This document shows positions 52,001-64,000 of a stretch of 64,000 nucleotides of DNA, one piece after another; position 1 is the first letter of the stretch, and every line of letters starts with the position of its first letter. Origin of the DNA: the human T2T-CHM13v2.0 reference genome, Homo sapiens; assembly GCF_009914755.1 (NCBI RefSeq), contig NC_060933.1. The stretch is one strand, 5' to 3'. The notes under the pieces are model-generated. The model ran no database searches, was not told the origin of the DNA, and was given only the letters and a program-made list of their open reading frames with translations. A program made the translations under genes and the position numbers.

Positions 52001-55000
52001 TACTTTTGACAGAGCCGTTTTGAAACAGTCTTTTTGTAGAATCTGGAAGTAGATATTTGGATACCTTTGAGGATTTCTTTGGAAACGGGATATCTTCATA
52101 TAAAATCTAGACAGAAGCATTCTCAGAAACTTCTTTGTGCTGTATGTCCTCAATTAACAGAGTTGAACCTCTGTGTGGATACAGCATTTTGGAAACATTC
52201 CTTTAGTAGAATCTGCAAGTTGATATTTAGATAGCTAGGAAGATTTCCTTGGAAACGGGAATATCTTCATATAAAATCTAGACGGAAGCATTCTCAGAAA
52301 GTGCTTTGTGATGTTTGCATTCAAGTCACACAGTTGAATATTCCCTTTTATAGAGCAGGTTTGAAACACTCTTTCTGCACTACCTGGAAGTGGACATTTG
52401 GAGCGCTTTGAGGCCTATGTTGAAAAAGGAAATATCTTCCCATAAAAACTAGACAGAAACATTCTCAGAAACTTGTTTGTGATGTGTGTATTCAACTAAC
52501 AGAGATGAACCTTTCTTTTTACAGAGCAGTTTTGAAACACTCTTTTTGTGGAATCTGAAAGTGGATATTTGGATAGCTTTGAGGATTTCGTTGGAAACGG
52601 GATTACATATAAAATCTAGAGAGAAGCATTCTCAGGAACTTCTTTGTGATGTTTGCATTCAAGTCACAGAACTGAACATTCCCTGTCATAGAGCATGTTT
52701 GAAACACTCTTTCTGTAGTATCTGCAAGCGGACGTTTCAAGCGCTTTCAGGCCTAAGGAGAGAAAGGAAATATCTTCAAGTAAAAACTAGACAGAAGCAT
52801 TCTCAGAAACTTATTTGCCATGTGTGTTCTCAACTAACAGAGTTGAACCTTTGTTTTGATACGGCATTTTGGAAACACTCTTTTTGTAGAATCTGCAGGT
52901 GGATATTCGGATAGCTTTGAAGGTTTCGTAGGAAACGGGAATATCTTCATATAAAATCTAGACGGAAGCATTCTCAGAAACTGCTTTGTGATGTTTCCAT
53001 TGAAGTCACAGAGTAGAATGTTCCCTTTTATATACCACGTTTGAGACACTCTTTCTGCGCTATCTGGAAGTGGACATTTGGAGCGCTTTGAGGCCTATGA
53101 TGAAAAAGGAAATATCTTCCCATAAAAACTAGACAGAAGCATTCTCAGAAACTTGTTTGTGATGTGTGTATTCAACTAACAGAGATGAACCTTTCTTTTT
53201 ACAGAGCAGTTTTGAAACACTCTTTTTGTGGAATCTGAAAGTGCATATTTGGATAGCTTTGAGGATTTCGTTGAAAACGGGATTACATATAAAATCTAGA
53301 GAGAAGCATTCTCAGGAACTTCTTTGTGATGTTTGCATTCAAGTCACAGAACTGAACATTCCCTTTCATAGAGCAGGTTTGAAACACTCTTTCTGTAGTA
53401 TCTGCAAACGGACATTTCAAGCGCTTTCAGGCCTATGGTAAGAAAGGAAATATCTTCAAATAAAAACTAGACAGAAGCATTCTCAGAAACTTATTTGCGA
53501 TGTGTGTCCTCAACTAACAGAGTTGAACCTTTGTTTTGATACAACATTTTGGAAACACTCTTTTTGTAGAATCTGCAAGTGGATATTTGGATAGCTTTGA
53601 AGGTTTCGTTGGAAAAGGGAATATCTTCATATAAAATCAAGACAGAAGCATTCTCAGAAACTTCTCTGTGATGTTTGCATTCAACTCATAGAGTTGAACA
53701 CTTCCCTTCATAGAGCAGGTTTGAAACACTCTTTTTGTAATATTTGGAAGTGGACATTTGCAGCGCTTTGAGGCCTATGTTGAAAAAGGAAATATCTTCT
53801 CCTAAAAACCAGACAGAAGCATTCTCAGAAACTTCCTTGTGATGTGTGTACTCAAGTAACAGAGTTGAACCTTCCTTTTGACAGAGCCGTTTTGAAACAG
53901 TCTTTTTGTAGAATCTGGAAGTAGATATTTGGATACCTTTGAGGATTTCTTTGGAAACGGGATATCTTCATATAAAATCTAGACAGAAGCATTCTCAGAA
54001 ACTTCTTTGTGCTGTATGTCCTCAATTAACAGAGTTGAACCTCTGTGTGGATACAGCATTTTGGAAACATTCCTTTAGTAGAATCTGCAAGTTGATATTT
54101 AGATAGCTAGGAAGATTTCCTTGGAAACGGGAATATCTTCATATAAAATCTAGACGGAAGCATTCTCAGAAAGTGCTTTGTGATGTTTGCATTCAAGTCA
54201 CAGAGTTGAATATTCCCTTTTATAGAGCAGGTTTGAAACACTCTTTCTGCACTACCTGGAAGTGGACATTTGGAGCGCTTTGAGGCCTATGTTGAAAAAG
54301 GAAATATCTTCCCATAAAAACTAGACAGAAGCATTCTCAGAAACTTGTTTGTGATGTGTGTATTCAACTAACAGAGATGAACCTTTCTTTTTACAGAGCA
54401 GTTTTGAAACACTCTTTTTGTGGAATCTGAAAGTGGATATTTGGATAGCTTTGAGGATTTCGTTGGAAACGGGATTACATATAAAATCTAGAGAGAAGCA
54501 TTCTCAGGAACTTCTTTGTGATGTTTGCATTCAAGTCACAGAACTGAACATTCCCTGTCATAGAGCATGTTTGAAACACTCTTTCTGTAGTATCTGCAAG
54601 CGGACGTTTCAAGCGCTTTCAGGCCTATGGAGAGAAAGGAAATATCTTCAACTAAAAACTAGACAGAAGCATTCTCAGAAACTTATTTGCCATGTGTGTT
54701 CTCAACTAACAGAGTTGAACCTTTGTTTTGATACGGCATTTTGGAAACACTCTTTTTGTAGAATCTGCAGGTGGATATTCGGATAGCTTTGAAGGTTTCG
54801 TTGGAAACGGGAATATCTTCATATAAAATCTAGACGGAAGCATTCTCAGAAACTGCTTTGTGATGTTTCCATTGAAGTCACAGAGTAGAATGTTCCCTTT
54901 TATATACCACGTTTGAGACACTCTTTCTGCGCTATCTGGAAGTGGACATTTGGAGCGCTTTGAGGCCTATGATGAAAAAGGAAATATCTTCCCATAAAAA

Positions 55001-55299
55001 CTAGACAGAAGCATTCTCAGAAACTTGTTTGTGATGTGTGTATTCAACTAACAGAGATGAACCTTTCTTTTTACAGAGCAGTTTTGAAACACTCTTTTTG
55101 TGGAATCTGAAAGTGGATATTTGGATAGCTTTGAGGATTTCGTTGAAAACGGGATTACATATAAAATCTAGAGAGAAGCATTCTCAGGAACTTCTTTGTG
55201 ATGTTTGCATTCAAGTCACAGAACTGAACATTCCCTTTCATAGAGCAGGTTTGAAACACTCTTTCTGTAGTATCTGCAAACGGACATTTCAAGCGCTTT

Positions 55300-58200
55300 C
55301 AGGCCTATGGTAAGAAAGGAAATATCTTCAAATAAAAACTAGACAGAAGCATTCTCAGAAACTTATTTGCGATGTGTGTCCTCAACTAACAGAGTTGAAC
55401 CTTTGTTTTGATACAACATTTTGGAAACACTCTTTTTGTAGAATCTGCAAGTGGATATTTGGATAGCTTTGAAGGTTTCGTTGGAAAAGGGAATATCTTC
55501 ATATAAAATCAAGACAGAAGCATTCTCAGAAACTTCTCTGTGATGTTTGCATTCAACTCATAGAGTTGAACACTTCCCTTCATAGAGCAGGTTTGAAACA
55601 CTCTTTTTGTAATATTTGGAAGTGGACATTTGCAGCGCTTTGAGGCCTATGTTGAAAAAGGAAATATCTTCTCCTAAAAACCAGACAGAAGCATTCTCAG
55701 AAACTTCCTTGTGATGTGTGTACTCAAGTAACAGAGTTGAACCTTCCTTTTGACAGAGCCGTTTTGAAACAGTCTTTTTGTAGAATCTGGAAGTAGATAT
55801 TTGGATACCTTTGAGGATTTCTTTGGAAACGGGATATCTTCATATAAAATCTAGACAGAAGCATTCTCAGAAACTTCTTTGTGCTGTATGTCCTCAATGA
55901 ACAGAGTTGAACCTTTGTGTGGATACAGCATTTTGGAAACATTCCTTTAGTAGAATCTGCAAGTTGATATTTAGATAGCTAGGAAGATTTCCTTGGAAAC
56001 GGGAATATCTTCATATAAAATCTAGCCGGAAGCATTCTCAGAAAGTGCTTTGTGATGTTTGCATTCAAGTCACAGAGTTGAATATTCCCTTTTATAGAGC
56101 AGGTTTGAAACACTCTTTCTGCACTACCTGGAAGTGGACATTTGGAGCGCTTTGAGGCCTATGTTGAAAAAGGAAATATCTTCCCATAAAAACTAGACAG
56201 AAGCATTCTCAGAAACTTGTTTGTGATGTGTGTATTCAACTAACAGAGATGAACCTTTCTTTTTACAGAGCAGTTTTGAAACACTCTTTTTGTGGAATCT
56301 GAAAGTGGATATTTGGATAGCTTTGAGGATTTCGTTGGAAACGGGATTACATATAAAATCTAGAGAGAAGCATTCTCAGGAACTTCTTTGTGATGTTTGC
56401 ATTCAAGTCACAGAACTTAACATTCCCTGTCATAGAGCATGTTTGAAACACTCTTTCTGTAGTATCTGCAAGCGGACGTTTCAAGCGCTTTCAGGCCTAT
56501 GGTGAGAAAGGAAATATCTTCAAGTAAAAACTAGACAGAAGCATTCTCAGAAACTTATTTGCCATGTGTGTTCTCAACTAACAGAGTTGAACCTTTGTTT
56601 TGATACGGCATTTTGGAAACACTCTTTTTGTAGAATCTGCAGGTGGATATTCGGACAGCTTTGAAGGTTTCGTTGGAAACGGGAATATCTTCATATAAAA
56701 TCTAGACGGAAGCATTCTCAGAAACTGCTTTGTGATGTTTCCATTGAAATCAGAGAGTAGAATGTTCCCTTTTATATACCACGTTTGAGACACTCTTTCT
56801 GCGCTATCTGGAAGTGGACATTTTGAGCGCTTTGAGGCCTATGATGAAAAAGGAAATATCTTCCCATAAAAACTAGACAGAAGCATTCTCAGAAACTTGT
56901 TTGTGATGTGTGTATTCAACTAACAGAGATGAACCTTTCTTTTTACAGAGCAGTTTTGAAACACTCTTTTTGTGGAATCTGAAAGTGGATATTTGGATAG
57001 CTTTGAGGATTTCGTTGAAAACGGGATTACATATAAAATCTAGAGAGAAGCATTCTCAGGAACTTCTTTGTGATGTTTGCATTCAAGTCACAGAACTGAA
57101 CATTCCCTTTCATAGAGCATGTTTGAAACACTCTTTCTGTAGTATCTGCAAACGGACATTTCAAGCGCTTTCAGGCCTATGGTAAGAAAGGAAATATCTT
57201 CAAATAAAAACTAGACAGAAGCATTCTCAGAAACTTATTTGCGATGTGTGTCCTCAACTAACAGAGTTGAACCTTTGTTTTGATACAACATTTTGGAAAC
57301 ACTCTTTTTGTAGAATCTGCAAGTGGATATTTGGATAGCTTTGAAGGTTTCGTTGGAAACGGGAATATCTTCATATAAAATCAAGACAGAAGGATTCTCA
57401 GAAACTTCTCTGTGATGTTTGCATTCAACTCATAGAGTTGAACACTTCCCTTCATAGAGCAGGTTTGAAACACTCTTTTTGTAATATTTGGAAGTGGACA
57501 TTTGCAGCGCTTTGAGGCCTATGTTGAAAAAGGAAATATCTTCTCCTAAAAACCAGACAGAAGTATTCTCAGAAACTTCCTTGTGATGTGTGTACTCAAG
57601 TAACAGAGTTGAACCTTCCTTTTGACAGAGCCGTTTTGAAACAGTCTTTTTGTAGAATCTGGAAGTAGATATTTGGATACCTTTGAGGATTTCTTTGGAA
57701 ACGGGATATCTTCATATAAAATCTAGACAGAAGCATTCTCAGAAACTTCTTTGTGCTGTATGTCCTCAATGAACAGAGTTGAACCTTTGTGTGGATACAG
57801 CATTTTGGAAACATTCCTTTAGTAGAATCTGCAAGTTGATATTTAGATAGCTAGGAAGATTTCCTTGGAAACGGGAATATCTTCATATAAAATCTAGACG
57901 GAAGCATTCTCAGAAAGTGCTTTGTGATGTTTGCATTCAAGTCACAGAGTTGAATATTCCCTTTTTTAGAGCAGGTTTGAAACACTCTTTCTGCACTACC
58001 TGGAAGTGGACATTTGGAGCGCTTTGAGGCCTATGTTGAAAAAGGAAATATCTTCCCATAAAAACTAGACAGAAGCATTCTCAGAAACTTGTTTGTGATG
58101 TGTGTATTCAACTAACAGAGATGAACCTTTCTTTTTACAGAGCAGTTTTGAAACACTCTTTTTGTGGAATCTGGAAGTGGATATTTGGATAGCTTTGAGG

Positions 58201-61200
58201 ATTTCGTTGGAAACGGGATTACATATAAAATCTAGAGAGAAGCATTCTCAGGAACTTCTTTGTGATGTTTGCATTCAAGTCACAGAACTGAACATTCCCT
58301 TTCATAGAGCATGTTTGAAACACTCTTTCTGTAGTATCTGCAAGCGGACGTTTCAAGCGCTTTCAGGCCTATGGTGAGAAAGGAAATATCTTCAAGTAAA
58401 AACTAGACAGAAGCATTCTCAGAAACTTATTTGCCATGTGTGTTCTCAACTAACAGAGTTGAACCTTTGTTTTGATACGGCATTTTGGAAACACTCTTTT
58501 TGTAGAATCTGCAGGTGGATATTCGGATAGCTTTGAAGGTTTCGTTGGAAACGGGAGTATCTTCATATAAAATCTAGACGGAAGCATTCTCAGAAACAGC
58601 TTTGTGATGTTTTCATTCAAGTCACAGAGTACAATGTTCTCTTTTATATTCCAGGTTTGAGACACTCTTTCTGCACTATCTGGAAGTGGACATTTGGAGC
58701 GCTTTGAGGCCTATGATGAAAAAGGAAATATCTTCCCATAAAAACTAGACAGAAGCATTCTCAGAAACTTGTTTGTGATGTGTGTATTCAACTAACAGAG
58801 ATGAACCTTTCTTTTTACAGAGCAGTTTTGAAACACTCTTTTTGTGGAATCTGAAAGTGGATATTTGGATAGCTTTGAGGATTTCGTTGGAAACGGGATT
58901 ACATATAAAATCTAGAGAGAAGCATTCTCAGGAACTTCTTTGTGATGTTTGCATTCACGTCACAGAACTGAACATTCCCTTTCATAGAGCATGTTTGAAA
59001 CACTCTTTCTGTAGTATCTGCAAACGGACATTTCAAGCGCTTTCAGGCCTATGGTAAGAAAGGAAATATCTTCAAATAAAAACTAGACAGAAGCATTCTC
59101 AGAAACTTATTTGCGATGTGTGTCCTCAACTAACAGAGTTGAACCTTTGTTTTGATACAACATTTTGGAAACACTCTTTTTGTAGAATCTGCAAGTGGAT
59201 ATTTGGATAGCTTTGTAGGTTTCGTTGGAAACGGGAATATCTTCATATAAAATCAAGACAGAAGCATTCTCAGAAACTTCTCTGTGATGTTTGCATTCAA
59301 CTCATAGAGTTGAACACTTCCCTTCATAGAGCAGGTTTGAAACACTCTTTTTGTAATATTTGGAAGTGGACATTTGCAGCGCTTTGAGGCCTATGTTGAA
59401 AAAGGAAATATCTTCTCCTAAAAACCAGACAGAAGCATTCTCAGAAACTTCCTTGTGATGTGTGTACTCAAGTAACACAGTTGAACCTTCCTTTTGACAG
59501 AGCCGTTTTGAAACAGTCTTTTTGTAGAATCTGGAAGTAGATATTTGGATACCTTTGAGGATTTCTTTGGAAACGGGATATCTTCATATAAAATCTAGAC
59601 AGAAGCATTCTCAGAAACTTCTTTGTGCTGTATTTCCTCAATTAACAGAGTTGAACCTTTGTGTGGATACAGCATTTTGGAAACATTCCTTTAGTAGAAT
59701 CTGCAAGTTGATATTTAGATAGCTAGGAAGATTTCCTTGGAAACGGGAATATCTTCATATAAAATCTAGACGGAAGCATTCTCAGAAAGTGCTTTGTGAT
59801 GTTTGCATTCAAGTCACAGAGTTGAATATTCCCTTTTATAGAGCAGGTTTGAAACACTCTTTCTGCACTACCTGGAAGTGGACATTTGGAGCGCTTTGAG
59901 GCCTATGTTGAAAAAGGAAATATCTTCCCATAAAAACTAGACAGAAGCATTCTCAGAAACTTGTTTGTGATGTGTGTATTCAACTAACAGAGATGAACCT
60001 TTCTTTTTACAGAGCAGTTTTGAAACACTCTTTTTGTGGAATCTGAAAGTGGATATTTGGATAGCTTTGAGGATTTCGTTGGAAACGGGATTACATATAA
60101 AATCTAGAGAGAAGCATTCTCAGGAACTTCTTTGTGATGTTTGCATTCAAGTCACAGAACTGAACATTCCCTGTCATAGAGCATGTTTGAAACACTCTTT
60201 CTGTAGTATCTGCAAGCGGACGTTTCAAGCGCTTTCAGGCCTATGGTGAGAAAGGAAATATCTTCAAGTAAAAACTAGACAGAAGCATTCTCAGAAACTT
60301 ATTTGCCATGTGTGTTCTCAACTAACAGAGTTGAACCTTTGTTTTGATACGGCATTTTGGAAACACTCTTTTTGTAGAATCTGCAGGTGGATATTCGGAT
60401 AGCTTTGAAGGTTTTGTTGGAAACGGGAATATCTTCATATAAAATCTAGACGGAAGCATTCTCAGAAACTGCTTTGTGATGTTTCCATTGAAGTCACAGA
60501 GTAGAATGTTCCCTTTTATATACCAGGTTTGAGACACTCTTTCTGCGCTATCTGGAAGTGGACATTTGGAGCGCTTTGAGGCCTATGATGAAAAAGGAAA
60601 TATCTTCCCATAAAAACTAGACAGAAGCATTCTCAGAAACTTGTTTGTGATGTGTGTATTCAACTAACAGAGATGAACCTTTCTTTTTACAGAGCAGTTT
60701 TGAAACACTCTTTTTGTGGAATCTGAAAGTGGATATTTGGATAGCTTTGAGGATTTCGTTGGAAACGGGATTACATATAAAATCTAGAGAGAAGCATTCT
60801 CAGGAACTTCTTTGTGATGTTTGCATTCACGTCACAGAACTGAACATTCCCTTTCATAGATCATGTTTGAAACACTCTTTCTGTAGTATCTGCAAACGGA
60901 CATTTCAAGCGCTTTCAGGCCTATGGTAAGAAAGGAAATATCTTCAAATAAAAACTAGACAGAAGCATTCTCAGAAACTTATTTGCGATGTGTGTCCTCA
61001 ACTAACAGAGTTGAACCTTTGTTTTGATACAACATTTTGGAAACACTCTTTTTGTAGAATCTGCAAGTGGATATTTGGATAGCTTTGAAGGTTTCGTTGG
61101 AAAAGGGAATATCTTCATATAAAATCAAGACAGAAGCATTCTCAGAAACTTCTCTGTGATGTTTGCATTCAACTCATAGAGTTGAACACTTCCCTTCATA

Positions 61201-64000
61201 GAGCAGGTTTGAAACACTCTTTTTGTAATATTTGGAAGTGGACATTTGCAGCGCTTTGAGGCCTATGTTGAAAAAGGAAATATCTTCTCCTAAAAACCAG
61301 ACAGAAGCATTCTCAGAAACTTCCTTGTGATGTGTGTACTCAAGTAACAGAGTTGAACCTTCCTTTTGACAGAGCCGTTTTGAAACAGTCTTTTTGTAGA
61401 ATCTGGAAGTAGATATTTGGATACCTTTGAGGATTTCTTTGGAAACGGGATATCTTCATATAAAATCTAGACAGAAGCATTCTCAGAAACTTCTTTGTGC
61501 TGTATGTCCTCAATGAACAGAGTTGAACCTTTGTGTGGATACAGCATTTTGGAAACATTCCTTTAGTAGAATCTGCAAGTTGATATTTAGATAGCTAGGA
61601 AGATTTCCTTGGAAACGGGAATATCTTCATATAAAATCTAGCCGGAAGCATTCTCAGAAAGTGCTTTGTGATGTTTGCATTCAAGTCACAGAGTTGAATA
61701 TTCCCTTTTATAGAGCAGGTTTGAAACACTCTTTCTGCACTACCTGGAAGTGGACATTTGGAGCGCTTTGAGGCCTATGTTGAAAAAGGAAATATCTTCC
61801 CATAAAAACTAGACAGAAGCATTCTCAGAAACTTGTTTGTGATGTGTGTATTCAACTAACAGAGATGAACCTTTCTTTTTACAGAGCAGTTTTGAAACAC
61901 TCTTTTTGTGGAATCTGAAAGTGGATATTTGGATAGCTTTGAGGATTTCGTTGGAAACGGGATTACATATAAAATCTAGAGAGAAGCATTCTCAGGAACT
62001 TCTTTGTGATGTTTGCATTCAAGTCACAGAACTGAACATTCCCTGTCATAGAGCATGTTTGAAACACTCTTTCTGTAGTATCTGCAAGCGGACGTTTCAA
62101 GCGCTTTCAGGCCTATGGTGAGAAAGGAAATATCTTCAAGTAAAAACTAGACAGAAGCATTCTCAGAAACTTATTTGCCATGTGTGTTCTCAACTAACAG
62201 AGTTGAACCTTTGTTTTGATACGGCATTTTGGAAACACTCTTTTTGTAGAATCTGCAGGTGGATATTCGGACAGCTTTGAAGGTTTCGTTGGAAACGGGA
62301 ATATCTTCATATAAAATCTAGACGGAAGCATTCTCAGAAACTGCTTTGTGATGTTTCCATTGAAGTCAGAGAGTAGAATGTTCCCTTTTATATACCACGT
62401 TTGAGACACTCTTTCTGCGCTATCTGGAAGTGGACATTTTGAGCGCTTTGAGGCCTATGATGAAAAAGGAAATATCTTCCCATAAAAACTAGACAGAAGC
62501 ATTCTCAGAAACTTGTTTGTGATGTGTGTATTCAACTAACAGAGATGAACCTTTCTTTTTACAGAGCAGTTTTGAAACACTCTTTTTGTGGAATCTGAAA
62601 GTGGATATTTGGATAGCTTTGAGGATTTCGTTGAAAACGGGATTACATATAAAATCTAGAGAGAAGCATTCTCAGGAACTTCTTTGTGATGTTTGCATTC
62701 AAGTCACAGAACTGAACATTCCCTTTCATAGAGCATGTTTGAAACACTCTTTCTGTAGTATCTGCAAACGGACATTTCAAGCGCTTTCAGGCCTATGGTA
62801 AGAAAGGAAATATCTTCAAATAAAAACTAGACAGAAGCATTCTCAGAAACTTATTTGCGATGTGTGTCCTCAACTAACAGAGTTGAACCTTTGTTTTGAT
62901 ACAACATTTTGGAAACACTCTTTTTGTAGAATCTGCAAGTGGATATTTGGATAGCTTTGAAGGTTTCGTTGGAAACGGGAATATCTTCATATAAAATCAA
63001 GACAGAAGGATTCTCAGAAACTTCTCTGTGATGTTTGCATTCAACTCATAGAGTTGAACACTTCCCTTCATAGAGCAGGTTTGAAACACTCTTTTTGTAA
63101 TATTTGGAAGTGGACATTTGCAGCGCTTTGAGGCCTATGTTGAAAAAGGAAATATCTTCTCCTAAAAACCAGACAGAAGTATTCTCAGAAACTTCCTTGT
63201 GATGTGTGTACTCAAGTAACAGAGTTGAACCTTCCTTTTGACAGAGCCGTTTTGAAACAGTCTTTTTGTAGAATCTGGAAGTAGATATTTGGATACCTTT
63301 GAGGATTTCTTTGGAAACGGGATATCTTCATATAAAATCTAGACAGAAGCATTCTCAGAAACTTCTTTGTGCTGTATGTCCTCAATGAACAGAGTTGAAC
63401 CTTTGTGTGGATACAGCATTTTGGAAACATTCCTTTAGTAGAATCTGCAAGTTGATATTTAGATAGCTAGGAAGATTTCCTTGGAAACGGGAATATCTTC
63501 ATATAAAATCTAGACGGAAGCATTCTCAGAAAGTGCTTTGTGATGTTTGCATTCAAGTCACAGAGTTGAATATTCCCTTTTTTAGAGCAGGTTTGAAACA
63601 CTCTTTCTGCACTACCTGGAAGTGGACATTTGGAGCGCTTTGAGGCCTATGTTGAAAAAGGAAATATCTTCCCATAAAAACTAGACAGAAGCATTCTCAG
63701 AAACTTGTTTGTGATGTGTGTATTCAACTAACAGAGATGAACCTTTCTTTTTACAGAGCAGTTTTGAAACACTCTTTTTGTGGAATCTGAAAGTGGATAT
63801 TTGGATAGCTTTGAGGATTTCGTTGGAAACGGGATTACATATAAAATCTAGAGAGAAGCATTCTCAGGAACTTCTTTGTGATGTTTGCATTCAAGTCACA
63901 GAACTGAACATTCCCTTTCATAGAGCATGTTTGAAACACTCTTTCTGTAGTATCTGCAAGCGGACGTTTCAAGCGCTTTCAGGCCTATGGTGAGAAAGGA
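55300..64000 (+). repeat. Duplication with 5616-bp period (3 x 11-mer), probably continuing beyond the window
   Basis: Rare SNVs pair at +5616: 55488/61104, 55899/61515, 57393/63009, 57564/63180. ORFs pair at 55724/61340, 56578/62194 and 57596/63212. Confidence 0.88.

Larger units (their letters stand above)
1..64000 (+). repeat. Centromeric alpha-satellite HOR array, SF2 type (11-mer dominant with 7-, 12- and 15-mer variants); most likely human chr9 D9Z4/S2C9H1L
   Basis: ~170-bp monomers begin 'cagaagcattctcagaaac' throughout. CENP-B box TTTCGTTGGAAACGGGA alternates with pJalpha-type 'ctatg(g/t/a)tgaaaaaggaa'. The ORF track recurs at +680/+1192 (1872-bp period) with near-identical copies. 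Alpha-satellite identity is near certain; the chromosome assignment is from recalled 7/4/11-mer architecture only (about 0.65). Confidence 0.99.

Noticed and set aside
52486-54786. Longer 142-aa ORFs at 52486 and 54358
   Set aside because: A single T>A change (tga to aga) in two sister HORs removes the stop codon; there is no evidence of coding function.
16167-62642. CENP-B box variants 'ggatacgg' (16177, 21113), 'gttgcaaac', 'cgtagg' (52930) and 'gttgaaaac' as box losses
   Set aside because: They alter positions outside the nine core bases, so I did not count them as inactivating.
753-63993. Recurrent 91-aa ORF (MYSTNRDEPFF...) and the 68-108 aa ORFs on both strands
   Set aside because: They are chance open frames in satellite monomers, mostly starting at GTG or TTG, with no recognisable domain. 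They recur only because the DNA repeats, and stops are freely gained (before 43188, at 45205). I used them only as a ruler.
1-64000. CRISPR-like array of conserved 'agaagcattctcagaaac' motifs with spacers
   Set aside because: The intervening sequences are homologous monomer bodies rather than unique spacers, and no cas genes are present.
1-64000. Transposon insertion, inversion or unique island
   Set aside because: Unit lengths sum exactly to the 62,965-bp span between the first and last anchors, leaving no unexplained sequence. Orientation is constant, and I saw no poly-A tail or target-site duplication.
1-64000. Claim that this window is the active kinetochore (CENP-A/CDR) site
   Set aside because: High homogeneity and intact boxes suggest a live HOR array, but kinetochore position is epigenetic and cannot be read from sequence.

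Overview
The whole 64 kb window is one uninterrupted, single-orientation tandem array of ~170-bp alpha-satellite monomers (about 376) from a human-type centromeric higher-order repeat (HOR). CENP-B-box and pJalpha-box monomers alternate, consistent with suprachromosomal family 2. I see no genes, transposons or unique DNA, and all ORFs in the track are repeat artefacts. Using the recurring ORF start as a ruler (753 to 63718 = 62,965 bp), the array parses exactly into 35 complete units: 28 11-mers (1872 bp), five 7-mers (1192 bp), one 12-mer (2043 bp) and one 15-mer (2552 bp), minus 6 bp lost in five small deletions. The 11-mer is a 7-mer plus a near-identical 680-bp 4-mer. From memory this architecture best fits chromosome 9 D9Z4 (S2C9H1L); I have not confirmed this by alignment, and D8Z2, D13Z1/D21Z1 and D15Z3 are the alternatives. 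I found no new biological system. The notable signal is a readable record of array evolution: super-periods of 3744, 4936, 3064 and 5616 bp, two distinct 7-mer junction types, a single-monomer duplication that breaks the A/B alternation, SNV clusters in one monomer, and patterned CENP-B box loss.
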